Shown here in pieces: positions 28,978-41,769 of a DNA stretch of 64,000 nt; the first letter of the stretch is position 1; each line of letters opens with the position of its first letter. The translations under genes and the position numbers were made by a program. Location of the stretch: assembly GCF_009914755.1 (NCBI RefSeq), contig NC_060947.1. One strand, written 5' to 3'. Under the pieces are notes generated by a model. The model ran no database searches. It had not been told where the DNA came from and saw nothing but the letters and a program-made list of their open reading frames with translations. This stretch comes from the human T2T-CHM13v2.0 reference genome, Homo sapiens.

Positions 28978-31900
28978 AGTACTAAGAGGGAAGTTTATAA
29001 CTATAAGTGCCTAATCAAAAAAGAAAACAAACTTCAAATAAACAACCTAATGATGCATCTTAAAGAGCTGGATAAACAAGAGTAAACTGAACCCAAAGTC
29101 AGTAGAGGAAAAGAAATAATAGATAAAGTAGAAGCAATAGAGGAGAAATAAAGGAAATTGAAAAAAGAAAACAATATAGTTGTTTCCAATGAAAAATGTA
29201 ATTGGTTTTATGAAAAATTAAACAAAATTGACAAGCATTTAGCCTGCTTGACTAAGAAAAGGAGAGAAGAACCAAATAAGTAAAATCAGAGATAAAAAAG
29301 GTGACAGAACAAGTGATACCACAAAAATTCAAAAGATCATTAATGGCTAATATAAAATACTATATAGCAATAAATTGGAAAATCTACAAGAAATGGACAA
29401 ATACTTAGGCAAATACAAACTGTTAGGATTAAATCATGAAGAAGCCCAAAAGCTGAACATACTAGTAATGAGTAATGAGATCAAAGCTGTAGTAAAATTC
29501 TCCCAGTACATAAAAGCCTGAGACCAGACAAGTTCACCACTGAATTCTACTAAACATTGAAAGAAGAATTAATATCAATCCTACTTGAAATTTTGTGAGT
29601 AATAAAAAGGAGGGAATACTTCCAAACTCATTCTATGAGTCCAGCATTACACTGATACCAAAGCAGGCAAAGACGCATTAAAAAAAAAAAAAACCTATAG
29701 ACCAGTATCTTGAATGAATATTGATGCAAAAATTCTCAGCAATATACTAGCAAACTAAGTTCAAAAATACATTAAAATGATCGTTCATTAAGTGGGACTT
29801 ATCCCTGGGACGCAAGGATGGTTCAACATATGCAAATTATCAATGTTATACATCCTATCAACAGATTGAAGACAATAACCATATGGTCATCTTAATTGAT
29901 GCTGAAAATACATTTGATGAAATTTAATATCTTTCATGATAAAAATCCTGAAGAAAATATTCCTGAACAGAATAAAAGCCATATATGACAGACCCACAGA
30001 TAGTATTACACTGAATGTAGAAAAACATAAAGCCTTCTTCCAAGATCTGAAAGATGACAATGACGCCCACTTTCAACACTGTTTTGTAACATAATACTGG
30101 AAGTCCAAGCAAGAGCAACCAGACAAGTGATAAAAAAAAAGAGCATCCAAATTGGAATAGAAGCATTCAAATTATCCTTGTTTGCAGATAGTATGATCTT
30201 ATATTTGGAGAAACCTAAAGACTGCAAAAAAATAGAATTGATAAATAAATTATTTAAAGCTGCAGGATGCAATATTGACATAAAAATAGCATTTCTATAT
30301 TCCAACAGTAACAATCTGAATAAAATATATAGTCCCATTTACAATAGCCACAAATAAAACTCAATACCCAGGAATTAATAAATGAAATGAGAGATCTCAA
30401 TAATGGAAAGTATAACACACTGATGAAAGAAATTGAAGAGGACACAACAAAATGGAAAGATATTCCATGTTCCTGTATTGGAAGACACAATATTGTTATA
30501 ATGTCCATATTACCCAAAGCAATATACAGATTCAATCAAATCCCTGTAAAAGTACCAATGACATTCTTCACAGAAATAGAAAAAAGAATTCTAAAACTTA
30601 TATGGAACTACAAACCACCCAGAATAGCCAAAGTTATCCTAAGAAAAATGAGCAAAACTGTAGAACTTACAGTACCTGACTTCAAATTATACTAGAGTTA
30701 TAGTAAGCGAAACAGCATGGTATTGGCATAAAAATAGACACATAGACCAGTGGGAAAGAACATAGAACCCAGAAACAAACCCCAAACACCATAGTGAACT
30801 CATTTTCATCAAGGGTTCCAAGAACATATACTGGGGAAAAGACAGTCCCTTCAATAAATAGTGCTGTGAAAACTTGATACCCATATGCAGAATAATGAAA
30901 CTAGACTCATCTCTAGCCATATACTAAACATAAATCAAAATGGATTAAATATTTAAACGTAAGGCATCAAACTATGAAAGTACTACAAGAAATCGTTCAT
31001 GAAACTCTCCAGGACCTTGTTCTGGGCAAAAATGTCTTGAGTAATACCCCATAAGCACATGAAACCAAAACAAAAGTGAACCAATAAAATCACATCAAGT
31101 TTAAAAGTTTCGGCACAGCAAATAAGACAATCAACAACGCGAAGGGACAACCCACAGAATGGGAGAAAATATTTTCTAACTACCCATCTGACAAGAGATT
31201 AATGTATAGAATATATAAGTAGCTGAAACTCTATAGGAAAAAAATCTAATAATCTTATGCAAAAATAGCCAATAGATTTGAATAAACATTTTTCAAAAGA
31301 AGACACACTAATGGCAAACAGGAATATGAAAAGGTGCTCGTCACTGATCATCAGAGAAATGCAAGTTAAAAACTACAGTGAAATCTTGTTTCACTCCAGT
31401 TAAATTGGCTTATATAAAGACAGGCAATAGCAAATGCTGGCAAGGATGTGGAGATGTACACTGTTGGAAATATAAATTAATACAACCACAGCTTGAAGGT
31501 TGCTCAACAGTTTGAAGGTTCCTCAAAAACCTAAATAGAGCCACCATGTGATCCAAGACACCTACTATTGGGTATATACCCATAAGAAAAGAATGCATTA
31601 TATTGAAAAGACAGCTGAACTCTCATGTTTGTTGTAGCACTGTTTATAATAGCTAAGAGCTGGAAGCAACCTAAATGTCCACCAATAGATAAGTGAAGAA
31701 AAAAATGGGGTACATATACACAATGATGTACTATTAAGCCATAAAAAAGATATAATATCATTTGAAACCACATGGATGGAACTGGAGATTATTATACTTA
31801 GTGAAACAAGCCAGGCACAGTAAGACAAGCATCCCATGTTCTCACTTATTTGGGGGATCTAAATATCAAAACAATTGAACTAATGGACACAGAGAGTAGT

Positions 31901-34900
31901 AGGATGCTAACCAGAGGATGGGATGTGTATTTAAGGGTTGGAAGGATGGTGGGGAAAGTTATGGGTATATAAAACAGAATGAATGAGTAAGACCTACTAT
32001 TTGATAGTAAAACAGAGTGACTGCAGCCAATAATAACATAATTGTACATTTCAAAGTAACGAAAGGAATATTATTGGGTTGTTTGTAACATGAAGGATAA
32101 ATGCTTGAAGGGATGAATACCCCACTCTTCATGATGTGATTATTCTATATGGCATGCCTTTATCAAAACATCTCATGTACCTCATAAATATATGCACCTA
32201 CTATGTACTCATAAAAAGTAATTAAAAAATAATTTAGAAGAAAAAATTAAAATGTTGAGCAGTGTAGAAAACTTCTGACTCCTTAGAATGTTTGATTTTA
32301 AGGTGTCAATTTTATTTTGTCAGGCTGGACATTACCTCAGGATATGTTTTCAATATGCCAGATATAGAATATACTTTTGGAATGGAATGAAGAACAATTT
32401 TCTTCAAAAGGTGCAGAACAAGGACAATGGTCTTTATATCCCTATGACTAGCCCAGTGCTTGAGACAGAATATGTGCCCACTTAAGAGTTGTTGAGAGAT
32501 CTGATGGTCTTTGGTAGCTTACTTCTGTTTAAAGCATCCTATTTCTGGGCTAATCCTCCATATTAAACCAAGACCTTTGTTCTTAAGGGCTAGTATCCTC
32601 CCAGTGGTAATAGAATCAGAAAGAAAAACCAGGGTAGTTCAAGGCAGAATAGCCCCACCACACATAGTTTTACACTGTGGAGTTGTAAGTCTGGTTGGCT
32701 GGAATCATAATATTACCTAAAGTTTAAAAAAATTATAGCATCTTTAAAGGTGAGGATTACAGAATCATAGCATATTTTTTTAAATGACATTCATTGTTCC
32801 AATTTACTCATTCTACAGCTGGGGGATCTGAAGCCTACAGAAGGTATGCAGTTTACCCAGAGTACCAGAAAGAACATGAGATTTAGGGCAGGATGAACCT
32901 AGGTTTGAACACTTTTTTCACAATTATTGAGTTATTGAGCTTCTCTGGGCCTCAATTTCCTTTTCAGTAAATCAATCCCCTGTGATGATATCTACCTCCC
33001 GGGACTGCTGTGAGCATTGCATCTCTGCTGAACATCTTCCCTCTGCCTTTCCAGGTCCACTCACCACCCTACTTCACCTGTTCTGTCCGGGGAGGCTATT
33101 TAGGAAGGATTCTATTAATGGGTTCCTAGGGTCCCTGGTGTCCACTGGGTTTGGCTAATGGGGAGCCACAAGGAGAGTTGGAGGTGGAAGGGAGAAAGGA
33201 AGGAGAGTGAGGGCTGTAGACCTATTCTCCTGGCTCCCTCCCTGTGAATCACCCCGGGCTGGATGAGTCTCTTGGTAGAGGTCACTGTTCTTCTCAAAAT
33301 AGTCATTTCCTCATGATTATTGATCTTTCCAGGTTCTAGTAACCACTTCCTTCCTGCTCTAATTCCTTTGGGTCTGGAGTGATGGCAGTTACTACTAGCA
33401 CTATCTCTGATGGTCTCCCTGCATCTGTCTGTTTGTAAGTGATCACTTTGCAGACAAATGCTTGTCAAATTATTCCATTTTGCATGTACCATCTGTTTCC
33501 TGTTTGACCTAGATACTATATACTTAGACCAGAGCCTAGCATATAGTAGGTTCTTGGTGTATGGAATCTATTGCTAGTAGTATTAATAGTAGCGTAGAGG
33601 TAGTAGTGGTTGCAGTAGAGGTAATAGTGCCGGTATTTTTCAAAGCCACTCATCCAGTCACATGCAAAGCCAGTAGTAGGATGTATTCCTCTCCCATCTT
33701 TTTCATTGATTGCTCTTCAACTGTCTGTGCTCCAGAGGGAAATACATGGTTGGCCTCTAACACCTTGCTGTTTGTAGCCACAGAAAGGGGCAAATCCCAA
33801 GCAGATCATATCCTATACCACATTACACTATTAAAACCTGCCTTAGACAGCTTAAAATGTGTAACAAAAATCATTAAAATGTAGTTTATGGTTATTATTA
33901 ACTAACTAGTGTCAGTTTATAATATCATTTGTACAAAGGCCCCAAAACAAGAGCTGAAAAGGTTTCAAGGAGTCCCTGGTTCTCATCCTGGTCCATTTTT
34001 GACTTACAGCATGACATGGGAGAGTCACTTTGAGTAGTTCCTAAACCTGATATGATAAAGAAGAATATTCTTGAAAACAAAAAACATCAGAAATAAAAAA
34101 GTTCAATGCAATGAACTCATTGTACACTGATGGCCTTTAATTTTTTATTATGCATTTTGGTGGAAAATATAACATAATTACTAAAGATTTCAATAGGAGT
34201 TATTTTATAAAGTCAGTTGTAATCTTTCAATAGAAATATGCACTGAATGTGTTCCTAACATTTTGATAAATTTTCATTGGATAGTGATATACCCATCAAA
34301 ACATTTTTAGTAAACAAATTAAGAAAACAATTATAAAAAGTAATAAGGTAATTGAAAGCTGTTATTTTCAGCAATTTTAATCACTTTTTGACCTACCCTA
34401 TTTTATGTGGTATGCCTTTTGGTTTTTGTTTATTTGTTTTTTTTTTTATATAACATGACAAGTCAGGGTGATGTTCTCACTGTTAATTGCAGGCAAGAGT
34501 CCAAAAAAAATTAAATCCTTAGAAGTTAGCTTGTGAGTATTTAATAAATAAAATTGTTCATCTCTAGACAACATCTGGGATTCACTAAGAAAAATGTGTA
34601 CCTTAATAACAATGTTCTTCTGGTTTCTTAGATTTTAGATGGAACTCATGGGAATGCTATAAATTGGTTGTGTTTGGAGGTCAGCAGGGTACTTTGCTAG
34701 GATTTCTTGATTTTATGGGGTATGAAATAAAGATATGTGAGCTCGATGAGCACTGGAACAAAAATCTAGGGTCTACTGCTCTTTCATTTTATTTTATTTT
34801 TTCCATTATTGATTTTTGTGACTTCCTATAGAGAATTGGACAGGTGTCAACCTGGGAGAGAAATCTAGGGCCATGCCTCCTCTATCTTTGGCACTCTCTC

Positions 34901-34914
34901 TTCCTCTCTTTTAA

Positions 34915-35740
34915 AATATTTTTATTTTTCTATTTTGAAACAATTATAAGTTCACAAGAAGTTTCAAAGATATGTACATAGAGGCCTTATGTATCCTTCA
35001 ACCAGCCTCTCCCAATGGTAAAATCTTCAGTACGCTACCACATTACACTATCAAAACTAGAACACTGACATTAATACAATCCAGAGCTTTTTAAGATTCA
35101 ACACTTTTCTTTTGGCTGTTCTAGGCCCATTACATTTCCATATGAATATTATAATTATCCTGTCAATTTCTATTAAGAAACCTTTTTAGAATTTTTATTA
35201 GGTTTGAGTTGAATCTACAGATGAATTTGGAAATAACTGACATCTTCAATATTGAATCTTCTAACCGAAAATCAAAGTATACATCTCGATTTTTCCTTAT
35301 GTTATTATCTTTGCAATTTTTTGTAGTTTTAACTGTGCAAGTCATTTACATTTTTGTTCAGATTTATCCCTAAGCCTTAATATTTTTTGAGATATTTTAA
35401 ATTGCACTGTGCTTAATTTCAAATTCCGGTTGTTGAAATTAACTACCAGTCGACCCTAGGACTACCATTGGCTGAAACACTGACTGTTCTAATATATAAA
35501 CTTCTAATATATAACTTCTAACATATAAACATACAATTGATTTGTGTGTTGATCTTCTATCCTGCAATCTTGCTAATCTCAATTATTGTCAAAGCCTTTT
35601 TTTTTTTTTTTTTTTAGATCGACTTTTCTACACAGGCTCTCATGTGGTCTTTGACAAAGGATACTTTTACTTCTCCCCTTCCACACTAAATGCCTTTTGT
35701 TTTTCTTTTGCACTGGACACAATCTCCATTACAAAATGTA
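34915..35740 (-). mobile_element. Old L1M fragments upstream of SPANXN4
   Basis: Reverse ORF2-like (KMSVISKFICRFN..LIKI in ORF 35163..35345) and an L1MC-like 3' end. Confidence 0.6.
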
Positions 35741-36452
35741 ACAATGCCCACACTGGTGTACATGTTGGTGTTAGATAGTATTCTGCATGTAAACACTCAG
35801 AACAACTTCCAGCACATGTGTACCCACTCCTCCCCCAACCCTACACACTGGTAAAAACCATGTTGTGGGAGACTACATTTGCTATGAACATACACCCCTG
35901 ATTTGAAACAAGACTAGGATACCCAGTAAGGATGTTTATTCACTGAAGTTCTGGCAGACTGAAGGCCATGATTTCAGACTAGAAATAGGAAACTTAAGAA
36001 GACTACATGGACATTGGAAAAAAGAACATGGATTGAAATTTGCCTGGCAGAAACCTGAAAGTTAATGGTCTTCAAGGTGCATATGAAGGAACTGCAGGAG
36101 GGAAGCGGGATAATTCACATCTCCACCAATAATTAAATGTAGCCACACTAGCTTGGAGGGATTTGAGGTGAGACATCTAAAATACTAGGTCATGGTGAGG
36201 GTTGGAAGACAAAAGAATGAATCACTTAATAGGAATGGCTGTGGGGAAGGGCTTGAAGGAATCATCCTCTCACTTCCATGTGAACCATAAACATTAAACA
36301 TGGAGAAATGAGGAGCGGAGGCAGATCAGTTTGGGATGCATCTTCAGGGGATGCTGAAACAACAACAGCATTTGGTTTCCTCTACACCCCTTTCACCCCT
36401 CCCCCACAAACCCAGGGAGTTGTCAGAGGTGGTTCTTTGTGATGCCAAAGCC

Positions 36453-36545
36453 ACCCTAGGACTACCATTGGCTGGGACACTGCCTGTATGATCAAACAAA
36501 GCTCAAGGGTGTGGCTTCGTCTTGCTCCCAGGAGGGTATATATAC
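36453..36545 (+). promoter_or_regulatory. Putative SPANXN4 core promoter: inverted CCAAT (ATTGG 36467-36471) and TATA-like TATATATA (36537-36544)
   Basis: Motifs lie about 110-190 bp upstream of the ATG with conventional CCAAT-TATA spacing. The TSS cannot be determined from sequence. Confidence 0.55.
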
Positions 36546-36652
36546 AGGGTGGGCAAAAGCTCTGGGACAGCCCACTGGAAAGCTTCAATACAGCTGTGGA
36601 AATCTGCACCCTAGAAGATCCTAGTACAGAAATTCTACAACCAACCATAATC

Positions 36653-36730
36653 ATGGAAGAGCCAACTTCCAGCACCAACGAGAATAAAATGAAGAGCCCC
36701 TGTGAATCTAACAAAAGAAAAGTTGACAAG
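36653..36730 (+). CDS. SPANXN4: SPANX family member N4, coding exon 1 (MEEPTSSTNENKMKSPCESNKRKVDK, 26 codons, phase-0 donor AAG|GTCAGA)
   Basis: Residues 56-81 of ORF 36488..37087 match the SPANX-N N-terminus (M-E-x-P-T-S-S-T-N...K-S-P-C-E-S-N). ATG lies in a good Kozak context (ATCATGG). GT donor at 36731. Confidence 0.95.
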
Positions 36731-36737
36731 GTCAGAT

Positions 36738-37189
36738 TGTTAGGTTTTGAAGGGAAGGTGAGGGTGAAAGAAAGACACACAGATAGGGCGCGGGTCAAAC
36801 AGCAACACGGGTATACTGCAGACACCTGCAGAAATGTGGGGCCAGCTTCATGCCAGAGCCCACCGCTACATACAGGCCAGCGTACTTATAGGTATGGGTG
36901 GGAGAGGTTTGGGCAGTATGGCTGGCTGCTCGGCGGAATATTGATAAGATGTTGTTATGATCAGGCAGTTTGGCCCTTTTTCTGGTGGGATGTCATCATG
37001 GTGTTGCTTGGACCTTTTTCCCCAACAAGATATGATAGGGATGTTTTTTTAGATGGGCCTTTATCCACCTCATGGTCAGGCAGTTAGGCGGGATTTTTCT
37101 CACGGCCAGAACTCCCGTGGAATGTTTCACTTTGACCAAGGTCTACAAAATAGAAGGGAGCTTACAAGAGAGTGCAGTTTAGACTGATA
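36738..37189 (-). mobile_element. 3' LTR of the intronic provirus (452 bp)
   Basis: Starts tgttaggttttgaagggaagg like 44030; preceded on the minus strand by a polypurine tract. Confidence 0.9.
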
Positions 37190-37206
37190 TTCTTGCCTTC
37201 TACTTT
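37190..37206 (-). other. Polypurine tract of the provirus
   Basis: Minus strand AAAGTAGAAGGCAAGAA immediately before the 3' LTR. Confidence 0.75.
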
Positions 37207-37209
37207 ATC

Positions 37210-38600
37210 ATAAAAGGAAGAGGGACGTGGTTGATTATCTGGCTGCTTGCTGCTGAATAGGGGAGCTGTATTCAGGGTTTGGGTTTTGAAGCAGTGGGTG
37301 TTGGACTTCAGAGTTGTTTTCCTGGAGGCACTGGTACCGGACTTGGCAGCGGAGAAGGATGGTATCAATGTGTTGCTGGGTGGCTGCCTGGACAGGGGAG
37401 TTTAGCTTTAGGGAGATAAAGAGGGATATGAAGGTGAGTATACATGGGCCAATTGTAGTATTTGGAGGAGAAAGATTAGGGGACCTAAGAAAGCGGCCCC
37501 CTGCTATCCCAGTGCTGAGTGCAGCAGAGATGTTTAGTTCTGCTAACACTAGAATGAAATGTAGAGCCTGCTTAGTGTGTGTGGAGGAAGATGAGACAGA
37601 AGCTACTAAAGGAAACCGGATGGTCTGCTTGTGAGGCAAAATGTTAACGTTTAGACTGAAACACAAGGGTGCATGTTCCTGACCAATTGGCCAGTAGGCA
37701 GAGATAAGAGTTTGTGCCACAAAGGAAGAAGACACTGGGGGTGGACAGACAAAAGTTGTAGCTTATGGTGGCAAGTCATGAGAAGATGGGGGTTGAATTC
37801 TGCACAAACCCTTTGTTTTAACTTTTATGCTTTTCCAAGTTGAATAGCTGCCAGCAAGGGTAGGCCCTGTGAGGGCATGACAGAAAATGCTGGTGGGGGA
37901 GGAGTTGAAGGCTGTTTGGTTTTGGAGAGAGAGAGATAAATGGGTTTTTGTAACTAATAGTCATTGCGGTCCTGATATGGCAGAAGGATATAGGTTGCAG
38001 TTGAGGGAATTGTTTGTGCATTTTTTCCAGGGAGCGCTGTTGAGTTGGATACATGAAGAGCGGCTCTGGCAGAGAGGGGAGGGGTTGGTAAGAGGTGTTT
38101 TATGGGATCCAGCTTGTATCGTGTTCAGTTAAGAGGCTGGCTATGAGGCGAAGGAGGGTGACAGCCCTGTGTGTGACAGTGTGGGTGGATCTGATAGACT
38201 GGGGAGAAAGGTGTTTAGCTGAGCAAGATTATAAACAGGTTTTGAGAATGAATTGGCCAAGTAGGTGAGATGCAGGTTTATTTTGGACTGGGTTTACGTG
38301 GCCAGTTTGAAAGGAAGGGCTGTGAACTGCTGGATTTGTGTGGACAAACAAATTTAACAGTTGGAAGAAAGACGGGAGGGAGTGTGACTGATTTAAGAGG
38401 CAATGTGTTAGGCTGATGAAGGGGGCTCAACTGTTAGAGGTTGGGGGTGGGGACTTAGAATATTCCACAGACAAAAAGGGCAAAAGGAGAAAAAGGAGAT
38501 TTGAGTAGGAGTGAAATTTTGGAAGGCGCCCTGCAGTCATACCTCCTGCATTACTGTGGGAAATTGGCATGGGCTATCCAGGGACATGGGGAAGGGACAC
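37210..38600 (-). pseudogene. ERV env remnant with internal deletion in TM
   Basis: Degenerate SU CxxC (NC*ICLS, CxxC at 38348-38359), cleavage/fusion-peptide-like TKQ|ALHFILVLAELNISAALSTGIAG, and membrane-proximal GPCILTFISLFIS in ORF 37235..37735. Confidence 0.7.
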
Positions 38601-38759
38601 CAGGAAAGATCTGAAATAAAGTAGGAGATAAAAGATTGGAAATTGGAGATGGAGACTGTTATGCACTAGGGCATTCTGGATTGGCAACTTCTGGAATTCT
38701 TGTTAAGTGCAGTGAGGTTGGTCCTGTGAGGGAGAGAGAGTAATTTGGGGGTGAGGAAA

Positions 38760-41650
38760 TTTCTAGATGTGGATCTGGTGCTCTTTTTAGTTTGGAATGG
38801 TGTATTCAGTGTGGGAAGGATGTTAGCTTTGCCACTGTGTGAGTAGTTAGGATAACCTGCTGAGGACCCGTCCACTTAGGTTGGAGAGGGGAGGAGGAGG
38901 AGTCTGCGATTCAGACCCAGTCCCCTGGTTGTAGGGACAGGGAGGAGTGTTTTGAGGATGGACTTTTGGGCTGGGGATAATAGGGCTTAGGCTGAGGGGA
39001 TTTGAGGAAATGGCTCATAAATGCATGAGGACCAGTAAGAGAAGTGAAGCCTGGGCCGTTTTAACCTCTAGGGAGTTTTTGTTTGTTTGTTTGTTTTTTA
39101 ATTACATGAAGATTAGGGGAGGTAAGGAATATGGAAGGCCCACTTAATGTTTAGAGCCTTTGCCAGCTGTTGGTTAGCCTGTGAAACAAATGTTGGCCCA
39201 TTGTCTGACTGAATCCAAGAGGGGAGTTTAAACCTGTGGATAATATGAGTGAAGAGAATAGAAGTGATGGGGTGTGCCTTTTCGGTGGTGGTAGGAAAAG
39301 CTTTTATCCATCCAGAGAATGTATCTACTATTATCAGAAGGTATAGGAATCATTTGTTGGGAGGCATGTGGGTGAAGCTGATTTGTTAGTCCTGCCCTGG
39401 TGTGTGTCCTCAGGCCTGGTGTGTGGGAAAGGAGATGGTTTGATAGCTTCCTGAGGGGAAGTTTAAGTGCAAAGGGAACATGTCTTAGTAATATCTTTCA
39501 GATTGGCAGCCATGGTCGAAGAATGTATTTAAGCTTTTAAAAGCTGGAGTAGGGGCAGTAACTGGCATGGAAATGGTTGCGCACGTATAAAAGTACAGAA
39601 GGTTTTTAATACTTGGACAAGACACTTTCATCATTGAGGTAGAACTATTTTTTCCTGAATGGTGCCAGCCCGGGCAAGTGGGGTTTGTTCTGCGTGGGTA
39701 TATACAGGTTGTATGCTGGGAAAAATGGGTAATAATGATGAAATTTTAAGGGCTGCCTGCCAGGCTGCTGAACGTGTTTAGAAGTTTCCCTTTGTTATGG
39801 CATCTGTAGCCTTTTGGTGTCCCTTTCAATGGATAATGGTGGCCTGCGGTGGTAGGTTAGCCACCTCCAGCAGCTTGTGTGCAAGTTTCCTATTTCTTAT
39901 GAGGGTTCCTTTTGTAGTTAGAAAACCCCTTTCCTGCCAGATTAAGGTGTGAGAGTGTAGGATGTACCACGCATATTTGGAATTGGTGTGAATGTTAACT
40001 CTCTTTCCGTTTGCTAGGGTGAGATCCTGGGTTAGGGCTACTAGCTTTGCCTGTTGAAAGGTAGTATGGAGTGGGAGAGCATTGGATTCTAGGAGCTCAG
40101 TTTTGGTAATGGTGACGTGGACAGCTGCTGGACATGGCTCCCTTAAAGAGCTTCCATTAATGAACCATGTAGGCGTTCCCCGCAAAGGAGCTTTTGAAAT
40201 ATGTTGGAAGCGGGAGGAGAGGAAGTTTAAGAGGTCCAGGCAGGAGTGAGAGAGCTTAGAGTTAGAGATATTAACAGGGAGGAGGGTGTTCAGGTTGAGA
40301 GTTTTATATCTCTGGAAGGTGATTAGAGGGTTACCTATGAGTAAGGCATGTACCTGCTATAAGTGGGATGATGGGAGGGATGGAAGGGATTCACAGTTTA
40401 TGAGGTCCTGTAGGTAATGGGAAGATGCACTAGTAATGTGTTGGTAAAGAGGGAGTTTCTGTACCTCTAAGGCCAGCAATGTGGACACACCCAAGATTTT
40501 TAGTCAGAGTGACCAGCCTTGGATGACAGAGTCCAGTTGTTTTGAGAGGTATGCAACGGCTTCTGGGGCGTCGCCGTATATTTGGCAGAGTAGTCCAAGA
40601 GCAAGGCCTTGGTCAGAATGTACATACAAAGTAAAGGGCTTAGTGGGGTTAGGCAGTCCCACTGACAGGGCCCTTAAAAGGGCATTTTTTAGTTTTTTTT
40701 TTTTTTAAGTGGGAGTTGATGGGGCAAGCTGGGTTCAGGTGTTTTAAGATGGGCCCATGTGAGGCCGTGTAAAGCAGCTTGGCCAGCAAGTCAAAGGTGG
40801 GAATGCACAGCTGGAAGTATCCCACAAGGCTCAAGAAGGAGAAGAGGTCCTTTTTGGTGTAGGGAAGGGGCATGTCCTGAATTAGCTCATTTTGTTGGGT
40901 TGGGATGGCCCAAGAATTAGGGGGTAGGAGAAACGCAAGGTAAGTAACCTGGGTTTGGGCTATCTGAGCTTTTGTGGGTGACACCCGACATCCTCAATTA
41001 TGGAGGAAGTTTAAAACCTTAGTGATGTGTTGGACTGACAGGTTATGGGAGGGACTACAGAGAAGGAGGTCATTGACATATTGGAGGAGGGTGCTAAAAT
41101 GAAGGGGAAGTTCAGCTAGGTCCTCGATGAGGGCCTGTCTGAATAGGTGGGGGCTATCCTGGAACCCCTGTGGGAGTATGGTCCATGTCAGTTGGGTGAA
41201 AGTGTGAGTATTAGGATTTGACTACATGAAAGCAAAAAAAAAAAACTTTGGGAAGCCAGATTTAAGGGAATAGTGAAAAAGGCATCTTTTAGATCCAATT
41301 CAGAGAAGTGTATGGTAGATGGGGCAATATGGGAGAGTAAAGTATATGGGTTGGGGACCACCTAATGAATTGGTACCATCACCTGGTTAACAACTCCAAG
41401 ATCTTGGACCAACAGGCAAGATCCATCTGTCTTTTGGACAGCCAGGATAGGCATGTTGTAGCGAAAGTTGACAGACTTGAGAATCTGAGCTTGTTAAACT
41501 TTACAGATAATAGGCTTGAGGGCCCTGAGGCCAGCTGGGTTAAGGGGATATTGAGACTGATGAAGGAAAGTGGAGGAGATTGAAGGGTTATTTTAACTGG
41601 GATGTTGTGTGTGGCTATTGTGGGTTTAGAAACGTTCCAAACTTTAGAAT
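38760..41650 (-). pseudogene. ERV pol remnant (RT, RNase H, integrase), multiply disrupted
   Basis: RT: LDLKDAFFTIPL (~41265-41300), WTILPQGFQDSPHLF, LLQYVNDLLL. RNase H: WFINGSS, QQAKLVALTQ, VNIHTNSKYA. IN: VDTFSGWIKAF, IQSDNGPTFVS, and C-terminal KWTGPQQVILTT (~38840-38880). Confidence 0.88.
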
Positions 41651-41769
41651 TAACAGAAGGTAACGGTGGATAATGAAGATGAGGGGGAGGAGAGGGAAGC
41701 ATTTTGGTGGCAGAGTAAAATAAAAGTAGAATTGTAGGAGCCGCATTGCATGGAGTTCTGGAATTTACT

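Noticed and set aside
37235-37735. Env-derived ORF as a candidate domesticated (syncytin-like) gene
   Set aside because: No signal peptide or complete SU, degenerate furin site, CxxC interrupted by a stop and TM ectodomain deleted.
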